Assembly (NCBI GenBank): GCA_003971905.1
Contig: RSEE01000025.1
Span: 124,001 to 188,000, forward strand
DNA from: Moniliella sp. 'wahieum'
Lineage: Eukaryota
DNA length: 64,000 nucleotides
Reading direction: 5' to 3'
The position numbers and the translations under genes are program-made. Each line of letters begins with the position of its first letter. The stretch's first letter is position 1. Under the pieces are notes generated by a model. That model had not been told where the DNA came from. It saw only the letters and a program-made list of their open reading frames with translations, and made no database searches. Below are positions 55,301 to 64,000 of the stretch, in pieces.

Positions 55301-57780
55301 CCGAGTAATGCGGAGTCAACACAGTGAAGGTAGGCATCGCATCAATCGGCAACGGCTCAGGCAGGTCAAGCGTCAAGGACTGCGCAAAAAAAGCTGATAC
55401 GCCGCTCGGCCTCCGAGCCACGTGGGAAGAAACTCTGGCTTGCGCCCGGATTGCCCTGGCTGGTGAAAAAGGTCGGGGCACGGAGGATGCGCTTTGGTAC
55501 ATCGGCCGATGCGACCTGGTGGTAAAGCAGGTTCTGGACATGGTCGATGGACAAAAGTGCTGCGGTACATAGAAAAATGATTGCGTTCCACACCTGAGAG
55601 ACGAGCACCTTAGGCTTATATTTGACTTCCATGTCGGTCGTGGCGAGAAGCTTGGCGTAGATGCGCTTAGGCAGGCGCTGGAACATGTCGCTCCAAGGAG
55701 TCCAAATCGAGATACCCGAGCGGAAGGCCCAGCCAATGCTGAACGTGGTGCTCCAGATCACGTACCAAAGATACGAGTCGAGGAAGAAGAGGCAAAGATC
55801 GAGCACGAACATAGCAGCCAAGGTGAATGCAGGCTGGTTCTTACAGAGGTTGTGGCCGAAGTATTTGTCATCGCAGTTCTGTACCGTCATGTGCACCATG
55901 ATGGCCAGCGGGTCTCTAAAGGAGAGCGTGAGGAAGAAGTACGACTCGGTCAACTTACATCCAAACACAAGGACCCAGAGCAGAATGCTGATCGTCCGCC
56001 GGGTCCAGGGAAGGCTAGGGTAAGAAGCAGTGAATGTCTGGCTGGCGAGGTACTTGCGAGATCGCCCACCGACCCGGTCACCAAACATACGCCCACTCGG
56101 CACTACTCCGAGGAATACCGTCACACACGCCGAAAAGGCGATGCCGACATACGCCACAATTTCGGGCGCAGAACCGTGCGGGTTCCAGCCAAACACGTAG
56201 ATCGCAGGGCACATGGACAGTCCCAGAGCAACGCCGAGGAAAATCAAACGGCGAACAAGCAGCATATAGTTATGCCATGTAGCGTTGAGGAAGGAGGCTT
56301 CCGCAAGCGTACTGCAGATCATAATGAACGATGAAACAGAGCCACCGAGCGCTGCAGCCGATAGCTTCTGCTGGATTGTTGGTGCTTGCTCAGTGTAAAT
56401 CTTGGGTGCGTTCGGGCTGGAAACGGAGAGTGTTAGAAAGAGCAACAAAGAGGTCGAGGGAGACGTACGCTGTGAAGTACCAGAAGGCTGAAATGTGGAG
56501 AATCCAGATGCGGTTAAAGTTGACAAGAGATGGAGCAGAGAGCGCTTCTCTTTGTACGTCTTCAAGAACACTTTAGACCAGTTGATCTTGTCAAACTTCA
56601 TGAACCGTTGGGAAGTGGGCACGTCGACAAGACGGGTGCCGTCCTGGAGGATGATGCGAGAGATGCCCTGAGGGTACCAAAAGAGCTGGTTGACGTCGTC
56701 GTAGCCGATAATTTTGTCGTGGTCGCGTTCACGTTTGATGAACTTGCCGTCGACAACCTCAAAGATCTGGTCGCGCATAAACCGGTACAAGGGCTTGATA
56801 ACCGCACGGAGGTACAGGCCCTCAGGAACTGGGTCCATCCGGTTCTGGCACTCGGGGCGGTAATAGTCGTCGGCACACTTGAAAATGAAACACAGGCATT
56901 CGGGAGTCAGCCGCACCTGCCCCGCCTCACCCCAACAGAGCAACCAGAGCGCAATCTGGCGCATCCGATCGTAATCGTTCATCCGATTCATCGCGTCACG
57001 CCAGCGAGTAGCGGCACTCTCGAGCGACTTGGTGCTTGCGCTCAGAAGCACCGATGAACGGCTCTGCTTCTTGCCATATGCTCCCTTGGTACCTGCAGCG
57101 GATGGGCCACGGCGAAGGGACGTTGCCCGGCTCAGCCCCAAGTTTGGGCCTTGCCAATGGCATCGTCTAGGTCGAGCTGGGCGGCGAAGTACCATTTGCG
57201 GTAATTGCTGTTTTCGCCGCCAATGAAGTCGGCGTGGATAGTGGCGAGTGCGACAGTAGGGCTCATGCGGCTAGCGCGACTGTCAAGCATGATCATCAGG
57301 TGGTCGTACATGTTGCGCATAGAGTCCTTCTGAAAACCGAACTTGGCGGTCAGGTCAATGAAAATGTCCTCAATCTCCTCCTTGGAGAGAGGGATGTTGT
57401 GCTCGACCGTCCATGCTGGGTAAGGTTCGCGCTGGCGGAAGGCAGGAGCAGCGGTGGCAGCGGTGTCGTACTGGGTGTAAGGCACGCTATATCCGCTAGG
57501 AGCATAGCTCCGCGGCTCTTGGGGTCGATGGAGGCAGCATGGCCGGTGCCTGTGTTGCCGTCGAGGCTGTCAGAGCCATCGAAGGAAGCTAGGCCATGGT
57601 GGGGGGGGAGAGGTCAGCGTCGGGCCCAACCTGGGCGAAGGCGCCACTGCCGTAGCCGCCAGCGACGGGCTGCACCGATCCCATCGTCGTCGGGGGAGAT
57701 GGAGATGGGGGGTGGTGACAGTGGCGGTGGCGGTGGCAGGAAACACGGCGGGATGATCGATGAGGTGGATGAGGCAGCAT
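52312..57780 (-). CDS. FKS1: 1,3-beta-glucan synthase catalytic subunit
   Basis: [84 protein letters not shown]. Intron ~52639..52582. Start may be 57780 or 57684. Confidence 0.98.
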
Positions 57781-58912
57781 GCAAGCGGCGTTGCGCCTGT
57801 GTGGGTTCGCTTGTCTGCTGCTGCGGGCTGCGGCGGCGAGGCGAGTGCGTCCTGGAACGCAGCTCCAGCGCTTCAGCACCTCCACGACACGCTCAGCGCA
57901 GCGCACCGCGCCACCCAGCACAGCACAGCACAGCACCAAGAACCACGCTCGCATGCCACATGTCACATGTGCCATGCCTTAGTCACTAGTGCACCAGTGC
58001 ACTCGGCACACGTCCTGCTCAGCGATCGCTCGTCCTCCGCCCGTCCTCTATCCTCCGCACCCATCGATCAGTCCGCCCTGCACTGGCTCTGTCACCGGCT
58101 GGCCGCTGGCCACACTGGGCCTGTGGCAGGCTACTTGGCCGGGCACTGTACCAGACACCCCGCCAGCAGCGACGAGGTGATGGATGCGGAGGCACTGAGC
58201 CTCAGCTTTTCGGGTGAAATCAACGGAAAGCTGAAAGCTGAAATCCGGCACTCTGCTCAGGCTCTCAGAATCTCAGGTTCAGCCAGCGAACGCGCAGCGA
58301 ACGCTCGCGTCACACCCATACTGCCTGCACCACGGCCAAACAGCGGGGAGACCAAGGCGCGCTCCCATATTAGCCCAGCAGGAGGACAGCGGCAGCCAGA
58401 CAGCGACCGATGGCGCTCCATCGACATGCGGGGAGCGCGCAGCCCAAGATGATCGCTGTCGATGAGGCCCATACTCACCGTATGCCAGTAGGGTTGGACC
58501 GACACCGATCCTACGAGCGCCGATCGTCGATGCTGCGAGAGCACTCGGCAGAGGAGCACTGACTAGTTACTTACTAGTGACTACTGAGTACTGACTAGTG
58601 TTGGATGCTGCGATACACGATACCGAGAGCGATACCCAGTGCTGGGGCATGGCATGCATGGGGCCTCAGGCTCAGGGCGACAGGCTTCAGGTGCTCAGAC
58701 TGGCTCTAGCCAGCGCGCAGCGGGGACCCTGGCTGCGCGCTGACCGGTGACCCCGTTCGCAGTGAAGTTTGAGTTGGCGAAGCAAACACTGTAGGACACC
58801 CAGCCCCAAGGGATGACCTCATCGGTGGTTGGGCCTAGTAATAAGGCGTTGGGCATGTTGCAGCTGAAAAAGGAACCAAGGAGACATTCCATTCCGCAGC
58901 TTGGCAAAAACA

Positions 58913-58998
58913 CTCTCCGACCGGGAATCGAACCCGGGTCTCGTCCGCACGACTGTCGCAATGACAGGGACGTGTCATAGCCACTAAACTATCGGAGA
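58913..58998 (-). tRNA. tRNA-Asp(GTC) with 14-nt intron (58948..58961)
   Basis: Acceptor TCTCCGA/TCGGAGA, D arm GTTTAGTGGCTATGAC, anticodon stem CGTCC/GGACG with loop CT-GTC-A[intron]C, T arm CCGGG-TTCGATT-CCCGG, T5 Pol III terminator just downstream. Confidence 0.96.
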
Positions 58999-60413
58999 CT
59001 GTGTTCTCGTCGCGACATTACGAGTTCTGCACCCTCTACTGTGCTGCTTTGTGGCTCTTCTATCCCCTCCTTTACATTAGAGGCGACATCCCATGGAGCC
59101 TGAATGAATCTCGTCCGCTGGAAAAAGTCATGCAAATCGGGGAAAGACCATGCCAAGGGCCCCACAACCATTGCCTTTGGGAGATAAAAGGTGTCCAGGA
59201 CCGTCGTTCGGGTTCTCCCACACTGGCGAGAACGTAGCGCGAAGAGATGTTGTAGCCCACAACACGGCAGGGTGAGGATGCAAACAAGAGACGAGTGACT
59301 CAAGAAAGATCGCCTCCTCAGTCTTTTGCGTTCATCAACGACTGCTGAGCCAGAAAACTGAAGTGTGCGCGTCTGTTTTGGTCTAAAAGATGACGAATCC
59401 CTGGAGGTTGGTGCTCCAAAAAGCCAGTCCGTGTCCTGTCATGGGCGGGCCCCGAATTGGAGCCCAACTCACGGTTTATTACGGGTGCTTTCCCTTGAAA
59501 GGAAGGCACATTCACCGTTAATCGAGCTTGAACGCAATTGGGAGGATCCGAACGGAGCTAGAGACAAGGTCAGACTTCTCAATTGGGGTCGGCTCGCATG
59601 GCAAAGTTGTATATGAACCGGAACGAGCAGGACTAGCGCGCCTGTAGGCCCGGAACCTTGAAAGATTGGCCATTAGGTTGACGAGCACGTAAAGACAGGA
59701 TCTGGAAGGTACTATCGCATACATATGAACTCAACTCTTGTAGGATGATGGCCACGGGATCCGTACAGAGGAGACTGAAAGCGGGAGAGAGATCGACGAC
59801 AAAAGATACCTAGTCAACATAACTAGAACAAACGCTATACAGACAAGAACTTTACCGAATCAACATACACCGTAGAAAGAAGAAGGAATCAAGTCGAATG
59901 CCCTTCAGACGGAGCACAGATCAAGTACGGAAAGGTTCCCTCGCTCAGTTGGGAACAGGAACAGTCAAAAACACGAAAAGGGCCCAAAGTAAAGGGCAGG
60001 TTCTCCGCGCTCAGCAAGAAGATAAAAGCATGACAGGAGAGAATCTCACAGTGAGAAGGAGACGCTGGGATCAGAAACTTGCGTGTCGGCGATGTGTACG
60101 TTGAGTATACCTGAAGCAAAGAGCAAAGCCTCAAAACAGTATGTGGATGCGTATAGCACACAGACTGTTTTACAGGAGGGGATCAAGGGCCTGCGAAGCC
60201 ACAGGCCACTGCATCGATAACAACGGGATTGAGACTCCTCCGTTCAGCTGGGGAACCTTTGAGTTTGTGGGTCGTGCGCAGAGACAATACCAACATACGT
60301 CCCGTCTGGATAGCAAAACGCATACCTCACACGCGCCCCCCTTTCTTTTTTCCTCTCTGCCTCTTCAAATTCTTATCCCCAAAATACTTCCCTCGTTGCA
60401 ATTGTTTTCTGGA

Positions 60414-60506
60414 GTCCATACAGAGCGAACTGATCCTCTCCTGCACCGAATGTGAGAATGCCCGAACCGGCGTTAGTACTTGTGGGCTCGAGTCTCGGTG
60501 TGGGAA
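60414..60506 (+). pseudogene. Possible degenerate tRNA (Glu-like) relic
   Basis: 3' part GGGCTCGAGTCTCGGTGTGGGAA resembles a tRNA-Glu T arm and acceptor end, with TCCATAC upstream as a possible 5' acceptor strand. D and anticodon arms not recognisable. Confidence 0.3.
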
Positions 60507-61013
60507 ATTCCTCTTCTTTCTGTCACCAGCACGGTCTCGAGATGTACCCACAGGCTTGCCCCGTGGACGTATGCGCCGTTGACGATTCTCGCGTTTCTTT
60601 TCAAAATGGTTTGGAGCACGCCTGCGATCGAGGAAAGCGGTGTGGGCACTTTTAACAAATGTGATGGAGGGAGATATTTGGGACTCTCAGGCTGAAGCTC
60701 TGAAGGTCGAAGTGGTTGAAGTGGTCTGTCACATGTCACAGCAAGTGGCTTTTTGAACAAGGCTTGCGACGAGGGCTGCTGGCTCGAGTGCACTGTTCAA
60801 ATATTAATGAGAGGGCCGGGGTAATTCGATTCCAGCGACGCGTGGCCAGCGGAACGGCGCGCCAAGGCGGTAGGAGCCGAGTGACTAGTGAGTAAGGGGC
60901 GGGGCGGAATTAGTGGCACCACCTGGGCGTGGGGCATGGGGCGGCTGGGCTGAGCTGGGCTTGCACGACCACCCCCACCAACTTGAGGTTCAAGCTTGAG
61001 GACGACGACCAGG

Positions 61014-62403
61014 ATGCAAGTGACGATCAAGGCTTTGACGGGGGGAAGCTATACCCTCGACGTGAATCCCAGCGACACGGTATATATTCCCCCTTCTATC
61101 TGAGATGCGAGGATGGGAGGCTGACTCTCTCCCCAACAGATCCTTACCGTCAAGGAGAAGATTTTGGCGGCCAAAGGCCATGCGGTGGAGCAGCAAAAGA
61201 TCATTTTCGCTGGAAAGATTTTGGCCAATGACCAGACCCTTGATACATGTCACATCAAGGAGAAGGATTTCCTCGTGAGCATGGTTTCCAAGACGAAGCC
61301 CAAACCAGCTAAATCTGTTGCCTCCACCTCTGCTCCGGCCCCGACGCCTGATGCCCAGGCCGCATCCTCGGAGCCACTCAAGGAAGCGTCTACCCAGACG
61401 CCCAAGGAATCTTCGACGCCGACTCCCAAGGAAGCATCGACCCAGACGCCCACACCAGAGCCGAAGGAGCCGGCCGCGACGGAGCCCACACAGGAGCCCG
61501 CGCAGGAGCCCAAGCCGTCTTCCACTGCCGTCGAAGCTTCCTCGGCCCCTCCTCCCGCTTCGGGGCAGGCACCCAGTGAGCCTGAACCTGCTTCCACACT
61601 CTCCACTTCTGCCCCGACGAGTGGCGATGGCCTATCGAACAACGCGTTCCTCGCTGGCGCCGCACTTCGCACGGCCATGGACCAAATGGTCGAGATGGGC
61701 TTCCCTCGGTCTGAAGTGGAACGAGCAATGCGAGCGTCGTACAACAACCCTGATCGTGCGGTTGAGTATCTGATGACGGGCATTCCCGCTGGCTTGGGAC
61801 TGGAGCAGCCCCCCCTGCTGCACCTGCACCAGTTACGCCGCCGCCTGCTTCGGAAGACGCGACGAGTCCAGCCAGTGGAGAGGCTACTGCCCCTGCAGAC
61901 CCTCCTGCGGCCCCACCAGGGGCAGGAAATTTGTTTGAGGCTGCGGCGGCGGCAGCAGCCCGAGGTGGTGCGGCACCGACAGCAAGAGGGGGACGAGGGT
62001 TCTACGGGGGCCAGCTGGATGGCGAAGGGAACGAGGTTCTGGACTTGGCTAACCCTGCGTTGTTAAGTCAGCTACAAACGCTAGCAGAGAGAACCCAGCG
62101 GCGCTGGAGCCATTGGTGCGTGCTGTGAACCAGCAGAACCCCATGTTGGCTGAGGCGCTGCAGCGTAACCCTGCGCAGGTGCTGAGTCTCTTGACGGCCC
62201 TTGGGGGTCGTGCGGGGGCGGAAGCGGAACCGGAATCTGTGCCTATCGAATCCCTTTCGGATGCGGAGCGGGGGGAGGTACAATCAATTGTCGATCTGGG
62301 TGTACCGGAGGACAAGGCCGTGGAAGTGTACTTGCTCTGTGGGAAGAACGTGGAGCTGGCTGTGTCGTACTACTTCGAGCATCCGGAGGATTTTGCCGAC
62401 TAG
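61014..62403 (+). CDS. RAD23: UV excision repair / proteasome shuttle protein Rad23
   Basis: UBL MQVTIKALTGGSYTLDV|ILTVKEKI..QKIIFAGKIL (intron 61080..61139), UBA1 MGFPRSEVERAMRASYNNPDRAVEYL, XPC-binding/STI1 region, UBA2 AVEVYLLCGKNVELAVSYYFE. Confidence 0.96.
61380..61451 (+). repeat. 3 x 24-bp coding tandem repeat (KEASTQTP/KESSTPTP/KEASTQTP) in Rad23 linker
   Basis: Three adjacent imperfect 24-nt units each starting AAGGAA. Confidence 0.85.
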
Positions 62404-62597
62404 ACCCTCCCTCTACGGCCATGCCTTGTCCCTCTGCATTTGACTAGAAGACCGTCGGACTCATCCCGTCGTCGAGGAATTGGATCGATTTGATGCCATT
62501 TGTTTCTTTGAGACCCGGCCATTGTAGTCGACAGACCCTCTTTACTTTACCGGCTGAGCGACTCAGCTTGAGCGCCTTGAGCCCTTAGGCTTTAGCC

Positions 62598-62646
62598 TTC
62601 AAGCTTCAAGCTTCAAGGTTCAACGTTCAAGCTTCAAGCTTCACGC
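62598..62646. repeat. Heptamer array (TTCAAGC)x7, imperfect
   Basis: TTCAAGC TTCAAGC TTCAAGG TTCAACG TTCAAGC TTCAAGC TTCACGC. Confidence 0.9.
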
Positions 62647-63445
62647 ATGCGTATACACACCACGCTTGAACAGACATTCTCCCTTTTTACTCCTGTCCTG
62701 TCCTACTAGTATTATAACTACCCTACGTTACCGTAGCGCCTGCTCCCCGACCTGCTGCTGCGATTGGGCGGCCTACTATAGGTCTCCCTGTCGCTCTTGC
62801 TCATGATTCGATGATGATTGGCACCGCCGACGAAGTCTAGCCTTGACAGCGTTCAATAATAGGGCAGTCGCGCTCTTTGGGGGTTCTCGTCTGTCCTTTC
62901 CGCTGTGGCACGGGGGGTTCCTATATAATGCCAACAGAGATCTTTTGTTCTCAGAGTCTATACCTTTCTCTTCTTACTCTTCTCCTTCCTCGCCGCCTTT
63001 CACTTGAATCAGGCTACTCTCGCCTCGCCAGCCTCGCCAGCCACCGGACTCGGTACTTAGTACTTACCAGCCTCACCGTCGGTGACCTCTACCCCGCAAT
63101 AACACTTGCTATCTGACAAATTGTCAGGAAACGTGAGATGGAGGAAAAGGGGCAAATGGGTTGGATACAACTCTCCCCATTGAAATCAGCGCTCAGCGCT
63201 CGCAGGGTCCTCGCCGATGGATCTCAGATCTGTGACATGCATCTCACAGTCCCTGCCCCAGCCGCTCTGCCCGGCAATCCGCACTAAGCGCAAGCATTTG
63301 TACGCGTTATACGTTACGTTGTGCATTACGCGTTACGACACGAGGTTCCCTAGACGCGCTGAGAGACCCTGAGGCGCTGAGCGCTGAGGCAGCGGCTCGC
63401 GTCGGTACTGGACCCCACTTTGCCCCGCTTCCGAGCTGGCGACAA

Positions 63446-63561
63446 GGGTAACCTAACCGGTAACCGGTAACTAGGTAACTGGTGATTAACGTTTTACGTT
63501 GGACGTACTTGAAGCTTGAAGCTTGAGCTTGAACGTCTTGAACGATCATCGATCATCGATC
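63446..63561. repeat. Compound heptamer arrays (GGTAACC)n, (TTGAAGC)n, (GATCATC)n
   Basis: TAACCGGTAACCGGTAACTAGGTAAC; TTGAAGCTTGAAGCTTGAGCTTGAAC; GATCATCGATCATCGATC. Confidence 0.85.
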
Positions 63562-64000
63562 TCATCCCGTGGGCGTTACCGGCCTTAGCTCTAAGCTTAG
63601 CCCTACGTAGGCCGGTAATATGAGTGTGGCCGTGCGCAAATCCACAAGCCATTCGTACTGGCTGCCACTCCAGCTCAAGTTCTCAGTCTCTACATCCACT
63701 GGCAGGAGGTCACCGGTCAACCCCCCAAACCAATGTCTCCGGGTTCCCTGGCCAGCGGGGATGTTGACTGTGATCCTCCGGCTCCCACTCGGTAGACCCT
63801 CCATTGGCTTCTCCACGCTGCGGGTATCGTCCCACAGCGTGGCACTTCAAGCTTCAGGCTTCATCCCCTCTGTGTCCTGCATTCTCTCTTGTATGCCTCA
63901 CTTGCCCTGTGCCTAGTCCGGCCTCCTATGTAGATGCTTCGTACCTAGACCCAACTCTGGCTCCAATCCATCACCTTCTCCTCATCCTTCTGCTCAGCGA

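Noticed and set aside
63562..64000. Gene entering from the right edge (84-aa minus ORF)
   Set aside because: All frames are interrupted by stops and no domain is recognisable; cannot be supported from this window.

Overview
GC-rich, gene-dense eukaryotic DNA from a fungus. Sparse short introns (GTRNGT donor, CTRAC branch, YAG/AAG acceptor) and the gene set suggest an intron-poor basidiomycete, probably Ustilaginomycotina (inference). Almost every gene, including essential ones, is broken by single-base indels, mostly in homopolymer runs. I read these as assembly errors, so CDS spans are joined across frames and their ends are approximate. Gene order: WS/DGAT-like acyltransferase with a long N-terminal extension (-), UTP13 (-), FLC/TRP-like membrane protein (-), decayed mitochondrial-carrier fragment (-), UBC8 (+), GFA1 (+), Cdt2-like WD40 protein (+), hypothetical (+), Baeyer-Villiger monooxygenase (-), S/T-rich single-pass membrane protein (+), STE11 MAPKKK (+), inhibitor-I9 protein missed by the ORF track (-), bacterial-like SDR (+), five-exon zinc-ribbon gene (-), nitrite reductase (-) divergent from a nitrate transporter (+), RPS26 (+), FKS1 (-), intron-containing tRNA-Asp (-), RAD23 (+). 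Most notable: (1) a recurring intergenic grammar of heptamer arrays made of TNA plus a variable 4-bp palindrome; (2) a nir/nrt pair with no adjacent nitrate reductase; (3) a 4-nt microexon needed to build a zinc-binding CxxC; (4) an RPS26 start codon split A|TG by an intron. No database searches were run; family calls rest on recognised motifs.
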